In this document: positions 1 to 8,973 of the stretch, one piece after another
How the letters are laid out: each line of letters begins with the position of its first letter
Numbering within the stretch: the first letter of the stretch is position 1
Source: an uncultured Eubacteriales bacterium
GTDB lineage: Bacteria > Acidobacteriota > Aminicenantia > Aminicenantales > Aminicenantaceae
NCBI GenBank assembly: GCA_964611275.1
Contig: CAZSZS010000107.1
Span: 4,720-68,719 of the forward strand
Direction of reading: 5' to 3'
DNA: 64,000 bases
Notes under the pieces: model-generated
Told to the model about the DNA's origin: nothing
Databases searched by the model: none
What the model saw: only the letters and a program-made list of their open reading frames with translations
Position numbers and translations under genes: made by a program

Positions 1-144
1 TCTTTGAGGGGTTGAAAGAGACCGTGTTTTGGTATAAACAGAATGAGGATTGGTGGAGGAAAGTCAAACGAAAAAATCCGGAGTTCAAAAAATTTTATAG
101 GGAATACTACAGGAGAAATAAGCGAGACTTGTAAAGGAGGCCTA

Positions 145-1101
145 ATGAGAGTTTTGATCACTGGGATAACAGGATTTGCAGGGAGCCACCTTGCTGATTA
201 CATATTATCAGAGCATAAAGATGTGGAAATCTATGGAATCATACGATGGAGAAGCCGCCGGGATAATATCCATCATATTTTGGACAGGATACATCTTTAT
301 GAGGCTGATTTAAAAGATATTGTTTCTTTAAAGAAAGCCCTTTCACAGATAAAGCCTGACCGCATTTTTCATCTAGCAGCACAGAGTTTTGTACCTACTT
401 CATGGAAGTGTCCTTCGGAAACGTTTGCAATCAATGCCATAGGAGAAATAAATTTGTTTGAAACCGTGCTGGGCCTTGGGATTTACCCGAGGATTCAAAT
501 TGCGGGTTCAAGCGAAGAATACGGACTCGTCCATCCGGATGAAGTGCCCATGACAGAGGATAATCAATTAAGGCCCTTAAGTCCTTATGCTGTAAGCAAA
601 GTCGCCCAGGACCTTCTCGCTTATCAGTATTTCAAGAGTTATGGGTTGGATACGGTAAGGACCAGGGGTTTCAATCATACCGGTCCCCGGAGGGGAGATG
701 TCTTTATTTGCTCGAATTTTGCCAAACAGATCGCCCTGATCGAGAAGAAAAGGCAGGAACCGGTTATTTTTGTAGGGAACCTGGATGCACAAAGAGATTT
801 CACTGATGTACGAGATATGGTGCGCGCTTACTGGTTAAGCCTGGAAAAAGGGGAAAAAGGGGAGGTATACAATATCGGAACCGGGAAAGCCTATCGGATC
901 AAGGAAATCCTTGATAAGCTCCTTTCTCTGGCCGGCGATGATGTGGAGGTCAAAGTGGATCCGGATAGGTTGCGGCCGTCGGATGTGCCCATTCTCCTTT
1001 CTGACAGCACAAAATTCAGAAAAATTACCGGTTGGGAACCCAATATACCCTTCACTCAATCCCTGAGCGACCTTCTGGATTTTTGGAGAGAAAGAGTCTA
1101 A
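145..1101 (+). CDS. gmd: GDP-mannose 4,6-dehydratase
   Basis: N-terminal Rossmann motif (MRVLITGITGFAGSHL). SDR extended-family catalytic YxxxK (YAVSK). An AGGAGG ribosome-binding site sits 5 nt upstream of the ATG at 145. The track ORF 43..1101 carries an in-frame upstream extension that is unlikely to be translated. Confidence 0.85.
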   Translation: MRVLITGITGFAGSHLADYILSEHKDVEIYGIIRWRSRRDNIHHILDRIHLYEADLKDIVSLKKALSQIKPDRIFHLAAQSFVPTSWKCPSETFAINAIGEINLFETVLGLGIYPRIQIAGSSEEYGLVHPDEVPMTEDNQLRPLSPYAVSKVAQDLLAYQYFKSYGLDTVRTRGFNHTGPRRGDVFICSNFAKQIALIEKKRQEPVIFVGNLDAQRDFTDVRDMVRAYWLSLEKGEKGEVYNIGTGKAYRIKEILDKLLSLAGDDVEVKVDPDRLRPSDVPILLSDSTKFRKITGWEPNIPFTQSLSDLLDFWRERV

Positions 1102-1103
1102 CA

Positions 1104-2054
1104 TTGCGGATATTTGTGACCGGTGCAACAGGATTTGTAGGGAATCACCTTTTTGATCTGTTAAGTAAGACAGAGGCAGAGTTTTTTGGGATTTGTTTTC
1201 CGGACGAGCCGGAACCTGGTAAGTATCCACCGGGATTTCACATGCACAAGGCTGATGTGCGTTCCGAGAAGGAGATCGAGGAATCCATAAAATTCTCTAA
1301 ACCGGAGTATATCATCCATCTGGCTGCTGTTTCTAATGTGGGGCAGTCATGGAAAAAGAGGAAAGAGACTTTTGAGGTCAACATAATGGGGACCTTTTAT
1401 CTTTTTGAAGCTGTTAGAAAGCATGCCTCTAAGGCGAGGGTCCTTTTTATCAGCTCTTCGGATGTATATGGTTTGCTGGAGCCCCATTCAAAGCCTTTGA
1501 CTGAAAAGGACCCCGTCCGTCCGGTGAGTCCTTATGGATTTACAAAAATGAGCGGGGAAAACCTGTGCCGGTATTATTCAAAAAACGAGGGTTTGGATAT
1601 CATTACAGCCAGGGCTTTTCCTCATACAGGGCCCGGCCAAAGTCCTGATTTTGTGTGTTCTGACTGGGCGAGTCAGATAGCAAGAATTGAAAAAGAGCTG
1701 TCCCCCCCCATAATAAAAGTAGGGAATATAGAGGCGGAGAGAGATTTTATTGACGTCAGAGATGTGGTTAAAGCCTATTTTTCTTTAATCAAAAAAGGCA
1801 GGAGAGGGCATATCTATAATGTGTCATCAGGAAGGGCCTTATCCTTAAAAAAAGTATTGGATATGCTTTTGGAATATTCCGGGGTCGAAATAGATATTAA
1901 AAAAGACAAGACTAAACTAAGGAAAGTCGATATTCCGGTTTTAGTGGGGGAAAACAGGAAGATCAGGGAAGAGATATCTTGGACTCCGGAAGTGCCTATG
2001 GAACAGACACTTTTGGACTTACTCCAATACTGGCGGGGCGTATATCATTCATAA
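1104..2054 (+). CDS. NAD-dependent epimerase/dehydratase, Gmd/Rmd-like (GDP-4-keto-6-deoxy-D-mannose reductase candidate)
   Basis: Second Gmd paralog immediately downstream of gmd. GxxGxxG motif (IFVTGATGFVGNHL) and SDR YxxxK motif (YGFTK). TTG at 1104 gives an N-terminus (M-RIFVTG) parallel to Gmd. The track ORF starts at 1032 and overlaps the gmd 3' end. Confidence 0.6.
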   Translation: MRIFVTGATGFVGNHLFDLLSKTEAEFFGICFPDEPEPGKYPPGFHMHKADVRSEKEIEESIKFSKPEYIIHLAAVSNVGQSWKKRKETFEVNIMGTFYLFEAVRKHASKARVLFISSSDVYGLLEPHSKPLTEKDPVRPVSPYGFTKMSGENLCRYYSKNEGLDIITARAFPHTGPGQSPDFVCSDWASQIARIEKELSPPIIKVGNIEAERDFIDVRDVVKAYFSLIKKGRRGHIYNVSSGRALSLKKVLDMLLEYSGVEIDIKKDKTKLRKVDIPVLVGENRKIREEISWTPEVPMEQTLLDLLQYWRGVYHS

Positions 2055-2130
2055 ATGCTGCCTGCTTGAAATTTCCCGAAAATCTATTTATAAGTTATAA
2101 TACATAGTTATTTTTTAATGGAGCGAGACG

Positions 2131-3600
2131 ATGTGCGGGATTATCAGTATCTTTGGTTCTGAGGATGTGTTTGAGGATCTTTATCAGGGGATGCTGGCTA
2201 TTCAACACAGAGGCCAGGATTCGGCAGGGATCATCACGTATGACGGCCGATTCCACACAAAAAAGGGAAACGGACTTGTCAATGATATCTTTGACGAAGA
2301 AAATGCCCGAAGATTGAAAGGTCCTATCGGTATAGGCCATACCCGTTATCCCACTATCGGGGGAGGCAGAGGCGAGGATGCCCAGCCGTTTTTTGTGAAT
2401 TCGCCCTTCGGCATCATCATGGCCCATAACGGTAATGTCATCAATTATCCGGAACTTAAAAAGGAGCTTTTTGAAAAGTCCCGCCGGATTTTAAATTCGG
2501 ATAACGATGTAGAGGTCATTCTGAACATATTTGCAAGTGAGCTGGAAAAACAGAACAGCAAGGCGCTTAAACCCGAAAATATTTTCAAAGCAGTGAAAAG
2601 TGTTTTTGAAAAAGTAAAGGGAAGCTATTCGGTGGTCGCCTATATTGCGGAACAGGGGATGCTGGCTTTCAGGGACCCTTTTGGGATCAAGCCCCTGGTT
2701 TATGGGAAAAGGGAAAAAGCCGGGTTTTCTTCCTATGCCTTTGCTTCTGAAAGTGTCAGCTTGAACTTAACCAATTTCACAAAGATACGGGATTTAAAAC
2801 CAGGCCAGGCCGTGTTCTTAGACAACAAAGGGGTACTTCATTCAGAGAGGATAGAGACAAAAAAACATACTCCCTGTCTCTTTGAATGGGTGTATTTTGC
2901 AAGGCCTGATTCGATAATAGATGGAGTCAATGTGTATAAATGCCGCATCAACTTGGGGCGCCTTCTGGCAGAAGAGATAAAGAAGCACGACCTTGATATA
3001 GACGTGGTCATTCCTGTTCCCGATTCAGCGCGGGATGCTGCCATTGAGATCTCCCGGAAGCTTAACCTAAAATATAGAGAAGCTCTGGTAAAAAACCGCT
3101 ACATCGGGAGGACGTTTATCATGCCTTCAGATAAGTCACGGAGGGATTCTATCAAGCAGAAGCTCAATCCCATTGCTTCGGAATTCAGAAATAAGAATGT
3201 ATTGATCGTTGATGATAGTATCGTAAGAGGGAACACATCCCGTTCCATCATTGAAATGGCGCGGGGATGCGGGGCAAAAAAAGTGTATTTTGCTTCCTAT
3301 TCCCCTCCTTTGAGACATCCTTGTGTCTACGGGATCGATATGCAGACATACACAGAATTTGTTGCCAGGGATTTGAACGAGGAACAGGTGGCAAAAAAGA
3401 TAAATGCGGACAGGGTGATCTATCAGTCCATTGAATCCCTAAAAAAAGCGGTCCATGTGGAAAACAAGGAGCTGACTGAATTTTGCGGGGCCTGTTTTGA
3501 CAGAAAATACCCCACCGGCGATATCACATCCCATGTTTTGGCTCAGATAGAAAGAGAGAGGAGCGGGGTTCACAAGAGCCAGATGGATCTCAATATATAG
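2131..3600 (+). CDS. purF: amidophosphoribosyltransferase
   Basis: N-terminal MCGI (Cys1 glutaminase nucleophile of Ntn type), PRTase domain, and a C-terminal Cys-rich segment. Confidence 0.9.
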   Translation: MCGIISIFGSEDVFEDLYQGMLAIQHRGQDSAGIITYDGRFHTKKGNGLVNDIFDEENARRLKGPIGIGHTRYPTIGGGRGEDAQPFFVNSPFGIIMAHNGNVINYPELKKELFEKSRRILNSDNDVEVILNIFASELEKQNSKALKPENIFKAVKSVFEKVKGSYSVVAYIAEQGMLAFRDPFGIKPLVYGKREKAGFSSYAFASESVSLNLTNFTKIRDLKPGQAVFLDNKGVLHSERIETKKHTPCLFEWVYFARPDSIIDGVNVYKCRINLGRLLAEEIKKHDLDIDVVIPVPDSARDAAIEISRKLNLKYREALVKNRYIGRTFIMPSDKSRRDSIKQKLNPIASEFRNKNVLIVDDSIVRGNTSRSIIEMARGCGAKKVYFASYSPPLRHPCVYGIDMQTYTEFVARDLNEEQVAKKINADRVIYQSIESLKKAVHVENKELTEFCGACFDRKYPTGDITSHVLAQIERERSGVHKSQMDLNI

Positions 3601-3634
3601 CCTGGATTATTCACAAGTCGAGGTTGCTGCAGAT
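3601..3634. repeat. 34-bp direct repeat copy A (CCTGGATTATTCACAAGTCGAGGTTGCTGCAGAT)
   Basis: Identical 34-mer found again at 5747..5780 in the same orientation. This copy lies immediately after the purF stop codon. Confidence 0.85.
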
Positions 3635-3642
3635 AGGAGCTG

Positions 3643-4611
3643 TTACTCTTTGATCAGGTTTGACAGCTCTTGGAGAGTAACCACGGCTGTACCTATCTTC
3701 CCGACCACGATTCCTGCGGCTGCATTTGCCAGAAAAGCAGCTTCCTGTATGGACGTGCCGGAGAGAAGAGCCAGACTTGCTGTAGCAATGACCGTATCGC
3801 CGGCTCCTGTTACATCATAAACTTCCTTGGCTGTGGTGGGAATGTGATCGGCCCGTTTGTTTTCATCTATCACGGTCATCCCCATTTTCCCCCGCTTTAT
3901 GATCAGATATTTTACTGATATCTGGGAAAAGATCTCCCTTCCCGCTTTTTCCACTTCCTTGTCCTCATCACAGGGATGATTGACAATAGTCGCTGTTTCA
4001 AAGTGGTTGGGAGTGAGAAGGGTGATGGGAGTGAAAAGGGCTATGTTTTCGATCTTCGGGTCGACAAACACAGGGATATCTCTTTTTCGGGAAAAGGATA
4101 GAAGGCCCTTCATGATATGTTCATTGACAACGCCCTTATTATAGTCGGATATCACGATACCTTCATAGTCTTCTTTTTGTAGGAACTTGAGCATTCTGTT
4201 GTTTGTTTCTTGGGATATAGATTCATTGACTTCTTTATCCACCCTTACTATCTGCTGCTGGTGCGCGATGATCCTTGTCTTGGTGGTGGTGGGCCTGTTT
4301 TTTGTCGTGAAAATGCCTTTCTTACAGTCAAGATTCTTTTTGATCCATTTTCCGCTCTCATCATCTCCTACTGTTCCCAATAAAACAGGGCAGGAACCAA
4401 GGCTTTTTAAGTTCTGGTAGACATTTCCGGCTCCGCCGAGACAGAGTGTATCTTTGCCGACACGGACGACAGGAACAGGAGCTTCAGGTGATATGCGTTC
4501 CACTGTTCCCCATGTGTACCGGTCAAGCATAATATCCCCGAGGACAAGCACTCGCCGGTTTTTGAATTTTCTTATGATAGAGACCAGTCTTTTTCTATTG
4601 ATTGTTTCCAT
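3643..4611 (-). CDS. D-glycero-beta-D-manno-heptose-7-phosphate kinase (RfaE domain I / HldE kinase domain, PfkB family)
   Basis: PfkB ribokinase-like fold, N-terminal VLVLGDIMLDRY motif, GAG/DT motifs. It is 322 aa, so it carries the kinase domain only, with no adenylyltransferase domain. Confidence 0.7.
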   Translation of the reverse strand: METINRKRLVSIIRKFKNRRVLVLGDIMLDRYTWGTVERISPEAPVPVVRVGKDTLCLGGAGNVYQNLKSLGSCPVLLGTVGDDESGKWIKKNLDCKKGIFTTKNRPTTTKTRIIAHQQQIVRVDKEVNESISQETNNRMLKFLQKEDYEGIVISDYNKGVVNEHIMKGLLSFSRKRDIPVFVDPKIENIALFTPITLLTPNHFETATIVNHPCDEDKEVEKAGREIFSQISVKYLIIKRGKMGMTVIDENKRADHIPTTAKEVYDVTGAGDTVIATASLALLSGTSIQEAAFLANAAAGIVVGKIGTAVVTLQELSNLIKE

Positions 4612-5740
4612 ATGTTTTCTCCTGTAGAAAAATCGGATTGGAAAGGATCCAGGGGCAGTTTTTGCTCAATGGAGTTTTTTCCTGAAGATAGACTTCCACA
4701 CGGTACACTCCTGGTTCAATGGGGTTAAAGGAGACAGAGTCTTTGGAGTCAATGAGTACAGGATTCCCGTTATGGATGAGAACGGTTCTGCAGGCGCTGG
4801 AATCCGGAGTTTTAATAAAGAGAGAGATGGATTTGTTAAACAGATGGGATTCACCCATATGTATCCTCTTTTTTCCTGCCTCTGCCCAGAACCGAAAGCC
4901 GTCTGCCGGAGCTGCCGCATCGATGCTGTTATAGAAACAGCCGTTTCGGAGAGCACGGAAGATCTGGTTTTTAGCTTTTTCAAAAGATGAGGATAACTTT
5001 TCTTCTAGCGGCACATGAATTCTGAGCAGGGAAAAAAGTGGTTTATAGAACAGGTGAGCGTCCGTAGCGTAATAAGCATACACAGGATAATCCTTAGTAA
5101 GCATATCCCATTTTCTGAGATTTTTATCAGGATACCTCATTGCTTTCAACAGGGGCAATTCAGGCTCGATGAGAAGAGCGGGAAGATATGCGAGGAGGTA
5201 GATATAGTTTCTTTTGACCATGGCATCGGCATTGATGATTTCTATGCCTGAGTAACCGGCATGTTTTCCCCAGGTCCAGTGTGTTTTCGAATAAGGATGC
5301 GCGATAATAGAGAATCCATTCAGCTGGCTTACCCTGTATGCGGCGGATTCCGCATTCTGGGAGAAGTTTTCCGGAGGGGCTTCAAAGTCCAGTGCCACGA
5401 GATGCCCCCTGCTTACGGAGATCTCACTTCCGGCCAGAATGAGCACCCCTTTTTTCCATCCCTGGCTGTTCAGGCTTTCATAATTGGGATTTCCATGGTC
5501 TGTCAGAATGAAGAAATCCAGGGAAGCTCGAGCCGCAGCTTCTGCGATTTTTTCCACGCTTTTTTTGCCGTCAGAGAGAGCGGAATGGACATGATAGGCT
5601 CCTCTTGCCTCCAGTGGAAGGGATGGCGCTACTGTACTTTTATGAGCCTTAAAGCCTATGAATTGGAAAGAGAGCCAGACAGCATACAGAACAAACATAC
5701 AAAGGATTGAGAGAAGAACCTTTTTTCGTATTGTTGCCAT
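4595..5740 (-). CDS. membrane-anchored PHP-domain metal-dependent phosphoesterase
   Basis: N-terminal transmembrane segment followed by PHP His motifs (YHVHSALSDG, ILTDHG). Overlaps the kinase gene start by 17 nt, so the two are probably co-transcribed. Confidence 0.6.
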   Translation of the reverse strand: MATIRKKVLLSILCMFVLYAVWLSFQFIGFKAHKSTVAPSLPLEARGAYHVHSALSDGKKSVEKIAEAAARASLDFFILTDHGNPNYESLNSQGWKKGVLILAGSEISVSRGHLVALDFEAPPENFSQNAESAAYRVSQLNGFSIIAHPYSKTHWTWGKHAGYSGIEIINADAMVKRNYIYLLAYLPALLIEPELPLLKAMRYPDKNLRKWDMLTKDYPVYAYYATDAHLFYKPLFSLLRIHVPLEEKLSSSFEKAKNQIFRALRNGCFYNSIDAAAPADGFRFWAEAGKKRIHMGESHLFNKSISLFIKTPDSSACRTVLIHNGNPVLIDSKDSVSFNPIEPGVYRVEVYLQEKTPLSKNCPWILSNPIFLQEKTYGNNQ

Positions 5741-5746
5741 ATCTAT

Positions 5747-5780
5747 CCTGGATTATTCACAAGTCGAGGTTGCTGCAGAT
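5747..5780. repeat. 34-bp direct repeat copy B
   Basis: Perfect match to 3601..3634. Located just upstream of the PHP gene start. Confidence 0.85.
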
Positions 5781-5972
5781 GCGAGGCACAGTGTGCGAAG
5801 CTGTGGTCCTTCACCGCGAGTATCCTGTAACGAAGCAGATGCAGTAAGATCGGCTTGCCTATATGGTAAAAAAATGGCGATCAAAATGAAAGTAAAAACG
5901 AACAAAAACATTTCAGTTGTCATTTTTTCTTTTAAAAGCATGTAGTTCCTTAATAGCAAAACAAAAAATGCT

Positions 5973-6001
5973 CATCGCCATTTTTTTATGAATAGGTCAG
6001 G
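5973..6001 (-). repeat. post-stop-codon motif CCTGACCTATTCATAAAAAAATGGCGATG (minus-strand reading)
   Basis: Directly follows the TAG stop of the O-antigen ligase gene. A near-identical motif sits at the 3' end of rdgB (40041..40069). Confidence 0.5.
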
Positions 6002-7156
6002 CTATTTTTTTTCTTGTAACTTGAGTATCCTTTCTGAGGCAAAGGGTATGGTTATCAAGTAAAGAAAGAGAGTGACGACTTCGGAATCACCGAAATTGTA
6101 TTCAAAAAGTCCTGCGGCAAAAAGAGCCAGGAGGCCGGCTAAAGCAGCGGCTGTGAATGGGAAAAGGGAAGGATCCCTGTTCCTGATCAATTTCATCAGG
6201 GAGATAAAAGCCCATATTACAAATGCCAGCCATGCCAGAACAGTAAAAAGGCCTCTTTCGGCAGCGATCTGAATGATGTTATTGTGAAGATGAACATTGT
6301 TGCGGGCATCCTCTGAAAGGTCGTATTTGGGATTTTGAAAGATCACATCCACTGTATCAGGCCCTGTACCGAAGAGAGGATATTCCTTTATGATTTCCCA
6401 TCCTGTTTTTATATATTCTATTCTAATGGCGTTTGAGTAGCTTTTCAGACTGAAAACGCTTAGCGCTCTCTGCTTAATGCTTTTCGGGCTTACAAAAAAT
6501 GCCAGAGCCAGGACTATGGGAAGCAGTGCCACAAGCTTGGGTTTGTAGAGGAGCAGAAGCACAAAGGCAGCGACCACCAGGCCGACCCATGCGTTTCTGG
6601 TCAGAGTCAGCACAAGGGCTATGGAGGAAACAAAAAATGCAGCGCCCCAGAGGCATCTTGTTTTTTTACGAGAAAAAAGAAGCATGCTGAGCGCCAGGGT
6701 GGCAAACAAAAGCAGAAGTCCTGCCTGTGTCATATAATGCCCCATAAATCCGGATATCCTTTCTCCCGGTTCATACTTGAACAGGAAGATGAAAAATGAA
6801 AACAAGATACTGACCAGTCCCGATGCAAGAAGGGCCAGGTTTGACATTCGGATATCTTTTATCTTTTGGAAGCCGGTATAGACCATCGGGACAATGAGAA
6901 ACAGAAGCAGTTCGCGGCTGTCTATGAAACTGACCTCGGGATTATCAGAAAAGACACAGGCCACAAGGGAAAGAAAACTATAGGCAAGGAGAGCCCAGAA
7001 AAAGCCGGGGAATGTAATTTTTTGTTTTGATTTTATCATATAAATGATCCAGAGTATGAACGCGATCCCGAGCATTGCCTGGCTGACTGAAATAGAGACC
7101 ATAGAGAAAAGCAGATAAGAGGCAATAGCGGCAGGCACAAGGTATGATATTTTCAT
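6002..7156 (-). CDS. O-antigen ligase / Wzy_C family polytopic membrane protein
   Basis: Ten or more predicted transmembrane helices with a Wzy_C-like loop region. The ATG at 7156 is preceded by a GGAG sequence. The track start at 7255 is a TTG with no ribosome-binding site. Confidence 0.6.
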   Translation of the reverse strand: MKISYLVPAAIASYLLFSMVSISVSQAMLGIAFILWIIYMIKSKQKITFPGFFWALLAYSFLSLVACVFSDNPEVSFIDSRELLLFLIVPMVYTGFQKIKDIRMSNLALLASGLVSILFSFFIFLFKYEPGERISGFMGHYMTQAGLLLLFATLALSMLLFSRKKTRCLWGAAFFVSSIALVLTLTRNAWVGLVVAAFVLLLLYKPKLVALLPIVLALAFFVSPKSIKQRALSVFSLKSYSNAIRIEYIKTGWEIIKEYPLFGTGPDTVDVIFQNPKYDLSEDARNNVHLHNNIIQIAAERGLFTVLAWLAFVIWAFISLMKLIRNRDPSLFPFTAAALAGLLALFAAGLFEYNFGDSEVVTLFLYLITIPFASERILKLQEKK

Positions 7157-7320
7157 TTGGTTTTTTCTCCGTTTTAAGAATAAAAGGATGATATAACAGA
7201 ACACTAAAAACTTCAAATATCTTATACGGGGATGTCCCCTAATGACCTTGAACAAAGAATATCTTGACTCCTTCTCTAATTAAATTGTAATTTAGGGTTA
7301 CCAAAAAAGGAGACGTCATC

Positions 7321-8970
7321 ATGTCTAAAATCACTTTGGAGAGACGGGAATTTCTCAAATCTTTTTTAGCCGGTATCCCCCTCATAGCCTGGGATTGGGA
7401 TATGTTTCCCAGAGGAAATCAGGAGAAGCCCGGAAGCGGAAGCTATGATGCCATCATCATCGGAGCCGGTCTGGGAGGATTGAGCTGTGCGGCAGCCTTT
7501 GCCAGACAGGGATTCAAACCATTGGTGTTGGAACAGAAGTATATTCCCGGAGGGTATGCCACGGCTTTTAAGCGGCCGGGTGGTTTTACGTTTGATGTCT
7601 CGCTTCATTCTACAACCGTAGGCCTGCGGAACGGAATCCCTAACCTGATTTCCGGATTTCCGGAAATACAGGACATCACATTTGTTCCGCATAAAACACT
7701 GTACCGGACGATTTATCCGGAACACGATATCAGAGTCCCTTATAGAGATGTCGCGGGTTATATCAAGATCCTCCAGGATTATTTTCCTGAAGAAAAAGAA
7801 GGCATCAAAGGGCTTTTTGCGGACATGAAAGGCCTTATCGAGGACCTGAATAAATATCAAAACTCCGGGGGCCAGGTGGACATGAACACCTTCCCTCAGG
7901 AATTTCCCTTTCTGTTCAAAAATTTTAACCGGACATGGGGAGCCATGGTTGATGAGCGCATCGAAGATCCAAAGCTTAAAACCATTATTTCAGCTTTGTG
8001 GGGATATTTTGGCCTCCCCCCGTCCAAGCTTTCGACGTTCTATTATGCTATGCCGCTCATAGGATATCTGGAGGAAGGAGGATATTATCCCATCGGCACT
8101 TCTCAAAAGATCAGCAATGCTTTTGCCAGTCTCATTAAGAACAAGGGCGGGGAGATAAAATGCAACACGAGAGTTACAAAAATACTCACTGAAAACCATG
8201 CTGCCTACGGAGTCCGGACCGAGGATGGGAAGGAATATCTGGGTAAATTCGTGATCTCAAATGCAAACTCTTTTGACACCTTCACCAAGATGCTGGATGA
8301 AAAGGAGCATCTCGAGTCCTATCTGAAAAGAATGGATTCGTTTTCCGTGAGTGCCTCGACTTTCCAGATTTGGCTTGGGTTGAAAAAAGATCTGTTCAGA
8401 GAAGTCGGTATCAAGGACACTGAGATTTTCTATAACACTGGCTATGATATCGAAGCTGACTACAAAGCCATGCTTGAGAGTGATATGACTGATCCCGGTT
8501 TCGGGCTGACCCTGTATGACAATCTTTATAAGGGATACTCACCCGAAGGGAAAAACACGCTCAATATCATCTCACTACAGGGTTACGACCACTGGAAAAC
8601 ATTTGAAGCGAATTATTTTCAGGGGAAAAAAGATGCCTATAATAAAGAAAAACAGCGCATCACCGACATTCTGATCGATAAGGCGGAAGAGACGCTCCTC
8701 CCAGGACTCAGAGACGCCATTGAGGTCAAGGTGGCAGCAACTCCTCTGACGAATGTCCGCTTCACAAGCAATTACAGGGGCGCTATCTACGGCTGGGACC
8801 AGACACTGGAAAATTCAGGAAATAGACGTGTCGATCACAGAACCCCCATCAAGAATCTCTACCTGTCCGGAGCCTGGACCTATCCGGGCGGCGGATATGG
8901 AGCCTGTATTCCCAGCGGCCTGATCTGCTTCTCCAAAGTAATGGAGGACCTGGAGAAAAAAAATCCTTAA
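7321..8970 (+). CDS. Tat-exported FAD-dependent oxidoreductase, phytoene desaturase (CrtI) family
   Basis: Twin-arginine signal (RREFLKSFLAG). FAD Rossmann motif (DAIIIGAGLGGLSCA). AAGGAG ribosome-binding site. Confidence 0.65.
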   Translation: MSKITLERREFLKSFLAGIPLIAWDWDMFPRGNQEKPGSGSYDAIIIGAGLGGLSCAAAFARQGFKPLVLEQKYIPGGYATAFKRPGGFTFDVSLHSTTVGLRNGIPNLISGFPEIQDITFVPHKTLYRTIYPEHDIRVPYRDVAGYIKILQDYFPEEKEGIKGLFADMKGLIEDLNKYQNSGGQVDMNTFPQEFPFLFKNFNRTWGAMVDERIEDPKLKTIISALWGYFGLPPSKLSTFYYAMPLIGYLEEGGYYPIGTSQKISNAFASLIKNKGGEIKCNTRVTKILTENHAAYGVRTEDGKEYLGKFVISNANSFDTFTKMLDEKEHLESYLKRMDSFSVSASTFQIWLGLKKDLFREVGIKDTEIFYNTGYDIEADYKAMLESDMTDPGFGLTLYDNLYKGYSPEGKNTLNIISLQGYDHWKTFEANYFQGKKDAYNKEKQRITDILIDKAEETLLPGLRDAIEVKVAATPLTNVRFTSNYRGAIYGWDQTLENSGNRRVDHRTPIKNLYLSGAWTYPGGGYGACIPSGLICFSKVMEDLEKKNP

Positions 8971-8973
8971 CCG

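Noticed and set aside
1032-1103. N-terminal extension of the second Gmd-like gene overlapping the gmd 3' end.
   Set aside because: The in-frame TTG at 1104 gives an N-terminus aligned with Gmd (M-R-I-F-V-T-G). The upstream extension has no counterpart in the family.
577-1230. Short minus-strand ORFs (71 and 131 aa) inside gmd, and many similar 60-160-aa ORFs antisense to large genes (for example 7366..7860, 14058..14682, 18157..19179, 50291..52747).
   Set aside because: They overlap well-supported genes on the opposite strand, lack ribosome-binding sites, and have the low-complexity composition typical of antisense frames. The His-rich 14083..14319 ORF is simply the reverse frame of a hydrophobic RND segment.
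5753-5959. 68-aa ORF with one hydrophobic helix, upstream of the PHP gene.
   Set aside because: It starts at a TTG, has no ribosome-binding site, and its 3' end runs through the 34-bp repeat. It is more likely a by-product of the repeat and intergenic sequence than a real small membrane protein.
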